From the NCBI GenBank assembly GCA_002104905.1, contig MCFE01000141.1:92973-156972 (forward strand): a stretch of DNA of 64,000 nt. The letters are read 5' to 3'. Shown here piece by piece: positions 26,291 through 40,092 of this stretch. The stretch comes from Basidiobolus meristosporus CBS 931.73. Its lineage: Eukaryota; Fungi; Basidiobolomycota. Made by a program: the position numbers and the translations under genes. The notes beneath the pieces were generated by a model that ran no database searches, was not told where the DNA came from, and saw nothing but the letters and a program-made list of their open reading frames with translations. Every line of letters starts with the position of its first letter. Position 1 is the first letter of the stretch.

Positions 26291-26639
26291 TGTTGTAAGA
26301 ATTTGTAATTCCACCTAAATATTCACCTAAATTAGTCACTTAGATCATTACCTTCAAATCCTAGAGAATACGGACCAAACTCCCTATTGTAATATACTTA
26401 GAATATATTCACCAAAATACCAGGTGCCCAGATAATAAAAATTCTCAAAGTTGTCCAAACAGCCCCAAACTTTGCACACATGCTCTTGGTACCTTCCTTA
26501 GTCTATTCTATAAGCTAGTAGTGCCAAGACCATGTAAAAGTAGAAATACTACTTTTACATTCAATAAATCATCAATTTATAGCTATATAATCTACCTGTT
26601 CTCCCAATCACTGCCAATATCTCCAAGACTCTTACAGCA
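26291..26639 (+). repeat. Copia LTR copy with no matching TSD
   Basis: TGTTGTAAG start, cttacagca end, family-internal motifs. Confidence 0.85.
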
Positions 26640-28110
26640 TTCTACATGCATTCTATGCCAGGATCATATCAAAGTAGAATTATTTCTTATTCATTCATTG
26701 AATTATTAAGTGAAGACCTTATAAAATACTTATTCTCCCAATCATGTTTAATACCTCCAAGTCTCTTACAACAGGTTATGACCCCCAAGCTGTCACTTGC
26801 TGCTATGTCTTCCACTGCTATTACTGTAATTTTTCCCTTTGCTGAAAAGATGGACAGATCTAACTCCCAAGTGTGGAAGGTGAAGATGAAGATGCTGCTA
26901 CAAAAAAGAGGCCTCTAAGATATTGTCATGGGACAAGAATGCCCTCCTAAATATGTAGGATAGAAAGCCTCAAAGTAATAGTAGAGAGAACAAAGTGCCT
27001 AAAACTGCATATGCCTTAATGTTAAAGACAAATTGCTAATTCAATGCTCAAGAGCAATAGCAGCAAAGAATGCCTGAAAGGCATTAGAAGAAGTATACTA
27101 GTCATGCCCAGCTACCAAGAAGATGTATCTTAGACAAATATTTTCTACTACAAAGATGCTGCCAGGTTAGGAAATTAAAAATCTAATTAACAGAATCACA
27201 CTGTTTGTCAATGAGATGAAATCTATGAGCATACCAACTACTGATGAGGATGAGATATTTACCATCCTGAATAGCCCAAGAGACAAGTTCCAGGGTATTG
27301 TATCCGCCCTAGAGTACAGAATTGAAGATTTGACCTTATATTATGTATATGGAAGGCTCCTGGATGAATTGAGTATCACAGAATATTTACAAGTTTACTG
27401 ATTTTTTATCATATCTGGAGGCCAACATAAGTAGCTTAAGTGAAGAAACACCAATGCTTTGGTACTGGAGATTTGGACACACCAACTATGATTATCAGCG
27501 CAAGATGATCAAAGATCAGTTAATATCTGTAGTCAAAATTGATTCCCCAGCTAATTTGGAGCACTGTGAAGCCTATATATAAGGGAAGCAAGCCAGACAA
27601 TTGCTTAAGAGCTCTGAGCTAATTGAAACAAAGAAACAATAAGATATAATACATTTAGTTCTGTGTGGACCTTTAAAATAATTATCCTGAGGTGGGATGA
27701 GGTATGTAGTGAATTTATTGTTGATCATACAAGACACATGTGGGTCAACTTCCTGAAAAGAAACAAAGAAGCTCTGTCTAAGCTCAGGGAGCTTAAATCC
27801 TGGGTGGAAGAGAAACTAGTGAAAAATCAAGAAAATTTACACTGATAATGGTGGAGAATATACTTAAAGACACTTCATGCACTTCTGCAGAATTCATGGG
27901 ATATAGCAAGAGACTACTGTACCAGACTCCTTACAGCAACATGGAGTATCAGAATGTACAAACAGATCAATAACTGACATGGCAAGACCTATTATCTTTA
28001 ATCAGATAATAATCCTAAGATTCTGGGCAGAATCATTTGCTATAGCTATTTATCTCAAAGATAGGAGCTATAGCAGAGTACTTTGCTATTATATTTCATT
28101 TGAGAGATTT
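26640..28110 (+). mobile_element. Degenerate copia element F (3' half of LTR to 26772, PBS, gag, then a jump to GAG-pre-integrase/integrase)
   Basis: PBS ggttatgacccc at 26773; gag remnants; integrase remnants (caacatggagtatcagaatgt); CCHC and protease deleted. Confidence 0.8.
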
Positions 28111-28282
28111 AAATCCACCACTCAATAAGCACTTCTGCTGCAACACTCTATATCCACAACTTTGGCAGGAACTCTAAGGCTCTATGCCATTGCTCATTCA
28201 CTGGTTCCTATACATTCTAGTCTTCAGTCAGCACTGTAATGTCTAGCTCCTCATCTGCCAGTTTTTGCAACAAGTCCTTGTA

Positions 28283-29600
28283 TTATTCAAGTGCATTTTC
28301 TTGAGTACTGCTCCTGAAGAAGTGCTGCAACCTCTTGGTGTGCCTATTAACGTTCCAAAATTTCACCAAAGGCATTGTGATAACCTTTTGAGTTCTTGAC
28401 ATTGTTACTTTGTCTGTCAGTGGGATCTCCACTTTGTTAACATTGGAGGATGTGGAGGCTGTGGTAGACAAATTGCCTTTCTCTGCAAACTCATCTACCT
28501 TGCTGGAGTGTAGCTCAACTGGCAGCACTTCCAACTCTTGTGAAAACAGCTGTTTTTTTGTTGGTAATTCTTCTTGGCTATGATGCAATTCAGTCTGTTT
28601 GGGGCTTATGGTGTTCATTGGCAAGACCAGCAGCTTTTTCTCATACTTCCCTGTCTCTGGCTTGGGTAGATTTTTTCCCCTTTACTCTTTCCTTTATCAC
28701 TGCCAGGTCTTCCACTGCTACTTTGTCAGAGTGCTTCTTGCATTGAACTGCATTTTCTGCGTGATATATACTGCTCTGATGCATCTGTTCTGGTTTACTT
28801 GTCCCTTGCTGGCACCCTGCTGGCAACCTACACTTCTTTCCTGCTTGTTTGAAGTTCTCAGTCCATGCTATGATGGGCTCCTGAGGTAGCTGCTTGTTTT
28901 TATCACTGCCAGGTCCATCACTACTACTTTGACTGAGTGCTTCCTGAGTAGAACTATCCTTTTTCTTTGGTAAATGCTGTGCTGGTGCATCCATGTCTGC
29001 CTGCTTTTCCCTTATTGGCACACACATACCTATTGATCTTTGGCTTTAGTATATACACTGCATTTTCTCCCTCCAATGCTGTGATAGGTTTTTCTGTGGG
29101 CATTGTCTCTGGGCACTGTTGTTGTGCTTCAAAAACTGTGTAATGTTCCTTTGCTGTTACATTGGGAAGTGGCTCAATTCTTGGCTATGACATTCAGCTA
29201 CTTGAGTTTCTTCTTTGCAGCAAAGACACTGCTTTCTCTACCTGGGATATTGATTGCTCTACACCTTTTGTCTGCTCATCCTGTTTATGGACTATTTCTG
29301 GATTTCTTTGGGCCATTGCATCTATTGTATCAGCCACTGCACCTAATTGCCTCATTAATGCTTTGGTATAAGCTGACAACATACTTGATAATACAGGTGG
29401 TGGTGATGTTAAGATGACCACTTGCCGGTCCTCAACTAAAGGCACTGCATTTGCTACATTCTCATCAGCCTCAACAATATGGTTAGCTAGCAGCTCTGCA
29501 GAGATTCTCAGTTGCCTTCTTGACTGAGAGCCTGAGGAGTCTGCATTATTACCATAAGTGGGCGCACTTTCCACAGGGCCTTTTTTTGGTGGTAGCCCTA
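28283..29600 (-). pseudogene. Decayed minus-strand coding region of a repeated element; partial second copy at ~37775-38225
   Basis: Overlapping ORF fragments (28283-28624, 28641-29027, 29194-29574); 28500-28960 is clearly homologous to 37775-38225 (ctggagtgtagctcaactggc.gcacttccaactcttg); CpG-poor. Confidence 0.55.
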
Positions 29601-30142
29601 CTTATTGCACTGAATGCCAAAGCAAGCTGTTGTCCAGCTGCTCTTCTACTGCTGTCAATTGCAGGGTTTGGTTAGGAACTAGACAACTTTGCTTTATTTC
29701 TAGGAGGCATATATATGGAAGTGGGCCAAACCAAAGGGGAAATGGTGTTACATATTCATGTGTGTGTGGTGAAACAGCTTTTTTTATAATGCTTACTATG
29801 GCAGGTGATCACTGAATCTTACATTCATGTATGTTCAATGTTGCAAATACAAGACTGTCTTAAACTCACATGAGTATTGACAAAAACATGGTATAAGTGC
29901 ATTGCATTGTTGAGTGTCAAACTGTTTGCCCCATGGGCAAGACAACTTTGATTCAATGCTGTAAGAGGAGAGAAAAAAGACCATGTAGCTATTATAATAA
30001 GCCTGTCAGCCATGAAGTATGCAGACAGCATAGGAAGCACTACAATGATGATGGCCAGTGTTTTGCCACACAAGTCATATTTGACCATTGACCTGTCACT
30101 ACCGTACCAGTAATATCTTGCCAGCTACTTAATACTGCTTTA

Positions 30143-32560
30143 ATGGCATCTGGCCATACTTGTCACTTTGTGCAAGCTGAGTCAGGAGAGTCTGTGATGC
30201 CTTTAGGCTCACCCCAGCTTTCTGAATATGGCATGCAGAGTGATAGCTCTGAAGAAGCAGGCTCTCAGATGGATTTTGAGCCTATCTTCCCTAACAACAG
30301 TTCCCTGCATGAGTCCAGCAAAATCCTATTATGCAATGAGACAACACCCATAGAAAAAAATGCCAAGGATACTTTATGGAGTCAAGTGAGCCCCATAATT
30401 CATCTACTGTTGAAAGATGTGATGCTGTGGCTAGAGAAGTGGCACATTCCCACTAATATCAGTAATGGGGGCTTTGAGGACTTACTTGTACTTCTTGCCA
30501 AACTCATACTGGCATGCAACTTACAATGTACATGGTATAAATGGAAAGCTATCATGCTGCTGGCAACATATGACCCAGAGACCATCCTGATACCAGCATA
30601 TGTTAGCAGTTGCATGGTGTTCACATCCAAAAATGCCACCATTGCAAGGTGTCCAACTTGTCAGGAATCCACCACTACTGTAGGAAAGCATAGTTCACAC
30701 TCCAGATATATTCTGGTAATACCCTATTTAAAGAAGCTCATGTAGTCCAACAAATATAGTGAAGCTACAAAGTACAGCACTCAGTATCAATCAGGCACAA
30801 AAATATCTGATATATTTGATGGCAAACATTACAAATAGCTAAGAAGCAAGAGCTATCTTGAAAGTATGATGACCATGCCTTTGCCTTAGCACTTGACAAA
30901 TTCTCATTAAACCAATACTTTACCAGCAGATCCTGCTGGCAACTGATTCTTGTTAACCTGAATCTGCCACCTATCTCTTAGTATCAGAGCAGAAGTTTGA
31001 TGATAGTCTCACTGGTATCTGGGCCTAAGTCACCATCCAACCTGGATAGCTACCTGTATTCATTGCTGGATGAATTTTGTATGCTTTCCAGCAGGATAAC
31101 AGTAAATGGCCATCATTTAAAAGTGCATATTATATTTGCCTTGGAGATACCCTAGCCTTCAGCAAGACAGCTGGCTTTTCTGGGCACAATGGAAGGTATT
31201 ACTGTTGAATATGTGAGATCCATGGGGCTTACTCCATTACTCACACCCATTATTATTACCCAAGCACCAGCACAAAGAATGTCATCTTTCCACAGACAGA
31301 ATGTACAGAAGTCAACATGCAATTGCAGCAAAGCTGGCAAGCTATTAGCCATTGGCTGGAATGTGGAATAAATTGGAAACTAGAGATACCTAAGATAGAG
31401 GGTATCTGTTGGAGCAAAAGCTTTCCACTGGGAGCAAAGCATTTGCTTTTCAACAATATCCCTATACTGATGACCAAGTTGTACATGGGGCATTTCAAGC
31501 TAAATGAGCCATTTGAGATACTGGAGAGATTTGAAAGAGTTGGCAAGATATTACAGAGTATCCACTACCTTAAGTACTTCTCACAGGCTCTAATCAAGAT
31601 TTATACACATATGCAACAATACAAGTGCAAAGACTGGATGAACTGTTTATGTATTTAATCAAGTAGCCTTCTGAAGCCATTTCTACCAATAGTACATCAA
31701 TAGCATTGGAAGTCATATGTGGACATTGTGGGAATATTAGTCCAGAAGCACATGACCAATGCCAACTTGATGCATCTGCAGCTTTTGTGCAAAGAGTTTG
31801 TGACAGGATTTGAGTGGCTATACTACAAACATAAAGTTGAATGTGTGGATCTCTGCCACTACTTTATCCATTCTCTACTCCATCTTGCATGGTGTGTGGA
31901 GAATATTGGGCCTTGCTTCACCTTTTGGGAGCTTCCTATGGAGTAGATGTGTGGGGAGATAGGAAGACAAGTCAAGTTGCAGGTACTACCATATCTCAAT
32001 CTCATCAAGAATATTACCTTTGAGTCTGTCATGGATGTGATGAGTTGGCACATGGAGGACAGCCAGGAAGAGTTGGAAAATACTGAGGATCAATGTGCAC
32101 ATGGAGAAACCTATGCCTATGGCATTGAGAAGCTAGGCAGCCCCAATGCATGGGTAATCAGTTGAGTAATGCAAAGTTGGGTTGTGTGCAACAAGCAACT
32201 AATTTTATCAGGAAAACTCTACCAAGGTATGCCAGATTTCTCACAGCCACAAACCAATTTTGACACCATTCAGTATGGAGCTCAAACAAACAAAAGCCAG
32301 AGCATACCTATAAGGGGGACTACAATCCTGTAGGGAAAAGGAATATATTGGCTAAGTACCAAAAAGTTCTTTGTAGATATTCAGGAGGTATTCATGGCAG
32401 AAGTGGCGGCAACCAAGCATATGTTTGCAAGATGCACATGTTACCAGCAAAACAAGGTATATGGCAGCTTTGCAAGCATCTCACTGAAAAGCCATAAAGC
32501 TGAGGTTTATAGAAATATGTCAATTGCAGCAGGTGTGCATGTTTGTAGAGGTTAGTAAGC
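30143..32560 (+). pseudogene. CACTA/En-Spm (Transposase_21/tnp2-like) transposase remnant
   Basis: Fragments CPTC, ISDIFDG.HY, LILVNLNLPP, VSGPKSP.NLDSYL..LLDE, GDTLA..K..G..GH.G.YYC, FVTGFEWLYY, IHSLLHL..CVENIGP..FWELPME; many stops and frameshifts; no TIRs found. Confidence 0.8.
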
Positions 32561-32643
32561 AAGAGGCCATAGTGTTTTTTGATTCAAGTTATATGCAGAA
32601 TACCCAAGGTAGTAGTGGGTGAGCAAATACAGAGGGGTGATTC

Positions 32644-35600
32644 TGTTGTAAAAATTTGTAGTTCCACCTAAATATTCACCTAACTTAGTCACTTGGATCA
32701 TTATCTTCAAATCCTAGAGAATACTGACCAAATTCCTTGTTGGGATTTACTTACAATATTTTCACCAAAATACCAGATGCCCAGAATATGAAAATTCTCA
32801 AAGTTGTCCAAACAGCCCTAAACTTTGCACACATGCTCTTGGGACCTTCCTTGACCTATTCAATCTGTTTGTAATGCCAAGACCATGTAAAAGTACAAAC
32901 ACTACTTTTACATTCAATAAATCATTAAGTGAAAAACTACATAATCTACTTGTCCTCCCAATCACTTCCAATATCTCCAAGACTCTCACAACAGGTTATG
33001 AGCCCCAATTTGTCACTCTCTGAGATGTCTACTACTGCTATTACTGGAGTTTCTCCCTCTACTGAAAAGTTGGATGGATCTAACTAACAAGTGTGGAATG
33101 TGAAGATGAAGATGCTACTACAGGAAAAAGGCCTTTGGGATATTGTCATTGGAGAAGAATGCCCTCCTAAAAACATTGGAGAGTAAGCTTTCAAGTACTA
33201 GAAGAAAGAACAAAGTGCCTTTGAATGCATTTGCCTTAATGATAAGGACAAATTGCTAATTCAATGCTCAAGAGCAAAAACAGCAAAGAATGCCTGGAAG
33301 GCATTAGAAGACACCTGCCGGTCATGTTCAGCTGCTAAGAAAATTCATCTGAGACAAAATTTCTTTACAACAAAGTTGCTGCCAAGAGAAGAAATGAAAA
33401 AATCTAATTAACAGAATTAGCCTGCTGGTAAATGAGATGAAATCTGTGGGCATACCAATTACTGATGAGGATGTGATATTTACCATCCCAAATAGCCTGA
33501 AAGACTAGCTTCAGGGCCTTGTGTCAGCCTTAGAGTCCAGAACTGAAGATTTGACCTTAAATTACATACAGGGCAGGCTCCTGGATAAAGAATTAAGAAA
33601 ATCAAGTGCCATTAAGAAGGAAGAAGAAAATGCTTTAATAAGCAATGATAACCAAAAAAGAAGGCACCCAAAACCCCAAAAAGGCAATAGCAACCTGTTT
33701 TGCAATTACTGCAAAAGGAAAGGACACACATCACACCAGTGTCTCAAAAACCAAGATAATCAGCAAAAGTAGCCTAAATATGGAAATGCTGCAACACCTG
33801 AAGATAGACTATTCATATCTGCACTAAATATGACCACAAACAAGGACTCTGAGATGTGGTATATTGACTCTGGAGCATCTCAACACTTTACACACCAAAA
33901 AGAACTTTTTACCAAATACCAAGAAATTCCAATTGAGAAGGTTTTCAGGGGGACAATAGAACAGTTGATGCAGTGGGAGAAGCAACTATTAGAGTAAACC
34001 TAGGAAGTAGTGAAGGAAGCCATACACTGACCTTTAAAGAAGTGATCTATGTACCAGAAATAGCCAAGAACCTACAATCTGTAAGTAAGACCACTGCAGA
34101 AGTACTCAGTTTCAGCTTTGACAATTCTGGATGAAAGATCACTGATCAAAATGGTGCCCATATTGCTTTGAGTATCAGAGATCAGAATCTATACAATTTG
34201 ACTTATATTTCATCATACTCGGAAGCCAATATAAGTAACTCAAATGAAGAAACACCAATGCTTTGGCACAGGAGATTTGGGCACATCAATTTTGATTTTT
34301 TGTGCAAAATTATCAAAGATCAGCTAATTTCTGGAGTAAAAATTGATTCCCCAGCTAATTTGGAGCACTGCAAAGCTTGCATATATGGGAAACAAACCAG
34401 ACAATTGTTCAAGAGCTCTGGGTTAGTCAAAACTAAGAAAAAATTTGATCTAATTCAATCAAATCAGTGTGGACCTATGCAAAATTTATCCTTAGGCGGG
34501 ATGAAGCCTTTAATCACCTTTATTGATGATTATACAAGATACATATGGGTCTACTTCATGGAGAGAAAGGAAGAAGCTCTGTCTAAGCTCAGGGAGTTTA
34601 AAGCCATGGTGGAGAGAGAAACCGGTCAAAAATCAAGAAAATACACTCTGACAAAACTTTTTATCCACTTCTGCAAAATTCATGGGATTATGCAAGAGAC
34701 TACTATACCATACTCCCCACAGCAGAATGGAGTAGCAGAACATGCAAACAGATCAATAACTCATATGGCAAGACCTAGGATCCATGATCAAAATTATCCT
34801 ATGATTTTTGGGCGGAATCAATTGCTACAGCTGCATACCTCAAAAATAGGAGTTATAGCAGAATACCTTGTGATTCCACACCATTTGAAGCATGGTATGG
34901 CTACAGACCAAGTGCAGAACATCTAAGAATACTTGGGTGTACAGCATATGCCAAGAAACTGCCCAGAAATCAGTCAAAATTTAAGCCAAAAAGTGTAAAA
35001 TGCATATTTTTGGGCTAGTGCAATCAGAGTAAAGCATACAGACTTCAAAATACCAAAGCAAAGAAGCTAATCAAGTCCAGGGATGTGTTGTTTGATAAAA
35101 ATCTCAAATCTTCACAAAGAATGACATCAGATGATGACAAAAATCAGATCTCAAGTCCACAAATTGTCAGAATTGAATCAGAGCAAAACAATGAGAACTT
35201 TTTCACTTCAGAGGACTCTAAAGCTGTGGTTCAGCCTGAATCAGTGCCCAGGAATATTCCAGAAGTGATCATTCCTGTATCAAATGCCAGGAGATCCAAT
35301 TGGACAAGAAATAGCCCAAATTACCATATCAATGATGGTTCAAACTTAGCCTATGCCTATTCAGTCCATATTGATGAACCCCAGACTGTAAAAGAGGCCC
35401 TAAATAGCCCTCAGACAAAATTTTGGAGATCTGCAATGACTCATTAATATCAGGTCCTGATGGAAAATCAAACTTGGGACTTAACCATATTACCAATCAA
35501 CCAAAACCAATTGGATGCAGATGGGTCTTGAGGACAAGATACAAGGCTGATGGTTCAATAAAAAGATACAAAGCAACACTTGTGGCCTAAGGATACTCTC

Positions 35601-37304
35601 AAACAAAAGGACTTGACTATACTGAGACCTTTGCACCGGTAGCCAAGTTTAATTCTATCAGATTAATATTGGCTATAGCAGCCAAATATAGGCTTTTTAT
35701 TCATCAAGTGGATGTAAAAACTGCATTTCTGAGTGGAGAACTTGATGAGGATGTGTATATGGACCAGCCTGATGGGCTTCTTGACCAAGAAGACCCCCAT
35801 TTGGTCTGAAAACTTCAAAAGTCTCTATATGGGGTTAAACAATTGCCAAGAGCCTGGAATAGCAAGATAGATTCTTATTTGGAATCCTTGAGTTTCAAAA
35901 GGAGTAATGCTGACAATAGTATATACTATAAGCCAGATAGAGCAAATCCAGTTTTATTAGCTCTATATGTGGATGATCTTATTATAGTCACCAATAACCT
36001 AGAAACATTGGAAAAGACTAAATCCAGCCTATCTAAGGAGTTCAAGAAGTCCAAACTAGGAGAACTCAGTTACTAATTGGCAATTAAGTTCTCCATAGAC
36101 AGAAGTACACAGACTATCACCCAAAGCCAATCTAAGTATATTCAAGATATACTAAAGAAGTACCAAATGGGAGACTGTAAACTGGCAGCTACCCCAATGG
36201 AGACAAACCTTAACTTGGTTAGAACTCAACCAAGTTAAGAGAGCCTGGTGCCATCTGAAAGCCCTGATTTTCCCCATCAATCTATGGTTGGCAGTCTGAT
36301 GGATATCATGCTTGGAAAATGTCCAAATATCTCATATTCAGTGGGAGTTGTCAGCCAACATAATCAGCACTATGGATCTGATCATATTGCAGCAGTTAAG
36401 CGGATTTTTAGATACTTAAAAGAAACTGCTGATATCTGCTTTAGATACACTTATAAAGATTCAGAACAGGATCTTGTGGGATACTCTGATGCTGATTGGG
36501 GACAAAATTTGGAAGACAGAAGATCCACCACAGTATACACCTTTCTTTACTGTCAAGGAGCAATTTCATGGAATTCAAGAAAGCAACCAACTGTAGCACT
36601 TTCTGCTGCAGAGGCAGTCTATGGCAGCCTCTGAAGCTACAAAAGAACCAATATGGTCAAGAAAGCTTATTACAGATTTAGGCCTATGTCAAAAAACACT
36701 TACTACTTTATTTCAAGATAATCAAGGATGTATACAATTAGGTAGAAATTCAACTTTTCATGCTAGAACCAAGCACACAGATAATAGACGTCATTTTATA
36801 GGTGAAGCTGTGGGGAATAACTTAGTTACCTTAGTTTACTGTCATTCAGGTGAAATGATTGCAGATATACTTACCAAACCATTAGCTAGAGGCAAGTTTG
36901 AATATCTAAGGTCAAACTAGGACTAGTCAGTGTGAACATTTAATTGAGTGGGAGTGTTGTAAAAACTTGTAATTCCACCTAAATATTCACCTAACTTAGT
37001 CATGTAGATCATTACCTTCAAATCCTAGAGAATACTGACCAAATTCCTTGTTGGGATTTACTTAGAATATTTTCACCAAAATACCAGGTACCCCAAACAT
37101 GAAAATTCTCAAAGTTGTCCAAACAGCCCTAAACTTTGCACACATGTTCTTGGGACCTTCCTTGACCTATTCTATCTGCTTGTAATGCCAAGACCATGTA
37201 AAAGAACAAATACTACTTTTACATTCAATCAATCATTAAGTGAAAAACTATATAATCTACTTGTCCTTCCAATCACTTCCAATATCTCCAAGACTCTTAC
37301 AACA
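32644..37304 (+). mobile_element. Full-length (4661 bp) but inactivated Ty1/copia element C
   Basis: LTRs 32644-32993 and 36955-37304 (about 21 differences in 350 bp by hand count); perfect 5-bp TSD GATTC; PBS GGTTATGAGCCC at 32994; PPT gagtgggag; gag-PR-IN-RT-RH order with many stops. Confidence 0.96.
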
Positions 37305-38235
37305 GATTCTACAGTAAAATACATGAATTCCCAAGGGGAGGTAGAAAAACAAAATACCATTTGGTAAATTGGTACAGTAGCATTGTATAGAACTAGCTGT
37401 AGGACACCATAGTGCTATGATAATGTCATCAGAGGCTGGTAAAGAGGCCAACAAAACACCATCAAGTTTTTAGCCATATAAGGCAATTGGATGTACTGGC
37501 CAGTTAGATCCACTCAAATAATTGTAAAGCGCACTTAAACTGCAACAATGCTATGCCACCCTTGGCAAAACACCATACAAATACTGTTATATTTTATCAA
37601 CTTTATTAGACTGTAAGATTAGCAAAACACCATTGTGATCCAATCATAAGATTGTGAAGATGGTCATTAATTCCAAGCTGCTGGGATTATAGCAGTCTCC
37701 TGACAGATCTTGAAAGCTGATCTGGATTGGATCCACCTGCAGGACCAAACTATTTTTCATAGGGCACATCTACCTCACTGGAGTGTAGCTCAACTGGCTG
37801 CACTTCCAACTCTTGAGAAGGCAGCTGTTATCTTGTTGGTAAATCATCTAGGCTATGATGCAATTCAGCCTGTTCTGGGCTGACAGCATTAATTGGTGAG
37901 TAGTGCAGCTTTTTCTCATGCTTCCCTGTCTCTGGCTTGGGTAGACTTTAATTTCTTTACCTTTACCTTTATAACTACAAAGTCTTGCACTGCTACTTTG
38001 ACTGAGTGCTTCTTGTATTGTACTTTGTATTCTCCCTGATGAATACTGCACTGGTGCATCTGTTTTTTCCTGCTTGTCCCTTGCCAGCACTTGCCTAGCA
38101 ACCTGAAGTTTCTTTGCTGCTTACTTAGAACTTTCAACCCTGCTTGTGACAGGCTCCTGAGAAAGCTGCAGATTTTTATCACTGTCAAGTTCTTCACTGC
38201 TACTATGACTGAGTGCTTCTGGGAATGGAAACCAA

Positions 38236-38420
38236 GTTTGGGGCTGTTTAGGTAAGTTTCCAAAATTTCATGTCTTGGGTACCTGATGTTATGGTGAAAT
38301 TATTCCAAGTAAATCCCAACAAGAAATTTGGCCAGATAGTTTCTAAGACCTGTAGGTAATAACCTAACTGACTAAGCTAGACTAATAGTTGGGTGTAAAT
38401 ACAAAATCTACAATACAATA
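38236..38420 (-). repeat. Old inverted partial copia LTR; a still more diverged LTR-like remnant follows at ~38540-38850
   Basis: agtttggggctgttt..aagtaaatcccaacaag..gactaagctag matches the reverse complement of the LTR 5' half. Confidence 0.65.
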
Positions 38421-39759
38421 AGCTATATGTAGAACCTGATCATGGACATCTCCATCTAAGATACAAGCAATGCTACTTGATCTTTTGGAATCCAATGAGC
38501 AATAAACAATCATGTGGTCAGTGCTGAGAATATACCACAAGAAACTTGTAAGAATATGTGGACCATGTTATTTTGACTTTTGGAAGCAGCATTTGTACTT
38601 TACAAGATTTTGATAAAAGAATCAAGTGCTTGAGATGGCCCCATGCATCAGTGCACAAGCTCTGGGTGTATTGGACAGCCTTGAGAACTTTTATGCTCTT
38701 AAGACTTGTAATATTGACCAAAAGTTTACAAAGTAGCAAATCATTGTAAGTATACATGCAAGAATCCCCAATAAGGTGACTAATGAGTATTTAGTCAGAA
38801 GAGAGTTTAGTTCTTGAGCTTTGATTTTGGTGGCTATACAATTGTAAATACTCAAGTCTGGACACAAAACCTGCATCATTGAGAAATAGGATGCTAAAGG
38901 TGTAACATGGTTTTATAGTGTAATGAGAGTGATCCAGGGGCTGGCAAAATATGTTTAGCTTTATAAGAATCTAGAGAATATCTGCACATTAAGAAGTTCT
39001 TTAGGCAGCAGATGGCTGACTGCAACCAATGCAGTGATTGCATTTACATTTTCTTAGATATCTACTAAATCATCAGCATGGTAGGAAAACCAGAGGTTAT
39101 CAAGATCTTAAGGCTAACTCAGGATATTGGGAGAGTTTTGGAGATATTCAGAGTCATTGAGCAAGCTGGTAGATCACATTATCTTCACAATATGATCAAT
39201 TGTGTGCAAGAGTAGTACTTGTACACAAATGAGAAAAAACTATCAAAAATCACTCCATTGCTAACAGAAAAATAACAGAAAACCAAGTTTGTTTAAATTA
39301 GAACTCTCAGTATCTGAAGCTCCAGCCTTCTTGAGAACAGGTAAACACATTTACTAGAAGGTGTTATGCCCAATCAATCCTCATACTAAGCTCAGTGACA
39401 GCAAGCTCCCTGATTCTTGAGATATCTACACCTGGGATATTGATTGACAAACACCATCAGAATATCATATGAAATCCAAGTGTGATACATTGCATAGGAT
39501 ACATTGACAAGGTTGTCAAAAAAGAAACACTGAACAAGTTTGAAAAGATCCTATACATGCAAAGTCTGGAGGCTTTTGGCAGATTTAAGAATTTTGATGT
39601 TCTAGGCAGCGGACATTTTGGTGAAAATATTCGAAGTGAATCCCAATGGAGTTTTCCCAGGAAATAGACAGTTCCTAAGCTAGGATCCAAGTAGCCAAAT
39701 CAATGTAAGTATAGAGGTGTAAATACGAAATTCAGACGATGGATAATGTACCTCAAAAC

Positions 39760-40092
39760 TGTTGTAAAAATTCGTATTTCCACCTAAATATTCACCTAAC
39801 TTAGTCACTTAGATCATCACCTTCAAATCCTAGAGAATACTGACCAAAATTCCTGGTCGGGATTTACTTAGAATATTTACCCAGAACATGAAAATTAGAT
39901 AAGTTGTCCAAACAGCCCCAAACTTTGCACACATGTTCTTGGGACCTTCCTTAACCTATTCTACGTGTTTGTAATGCCAAGACCAGGTAAAAGTATAAAT
40001 ACTACTTTTACATTCAATAAATCATTAAGTGAAAACCACATAATCTACTTGTCCTCCCAATCACTTCCAATATCTCCAAGACTCTTACAACA
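39760..40092 (+). mobile_element. Solo copia LTR
   Basis: TGTTG..CAACA termini, perfect TSD AAAAC, ~17-bp internal deletion. Confidence 0.93.

Noticed and set aside
35085-35447. Ty5-type Sir4-binding targeting motif (LDSSPP) in the integrase C-terminal tail
   Set aside because: Not present in the readable tails of elements A or C.
24797-37304. RIP as the cause of copia decay (for example LTR start tgttgta to tattata, and CAG to TAG)
   Set aside because: Many inactivating changes are transversions or indels (gaa to taa, tgc to tga), and I see no dominant CpA-to-TpA pattern by eye. CpG loss is the clearer signal. A RIP index was not computed.
39482-39667. Kinase-like glycine loop FKNFDVLGSGHFG in a 61-aa ORF
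   Set aside because: No downstream VAIK, HRD or DFG motifs are recoverable, and it lies in CpG-poor debris. It may be chance or an unrecognisable relic.
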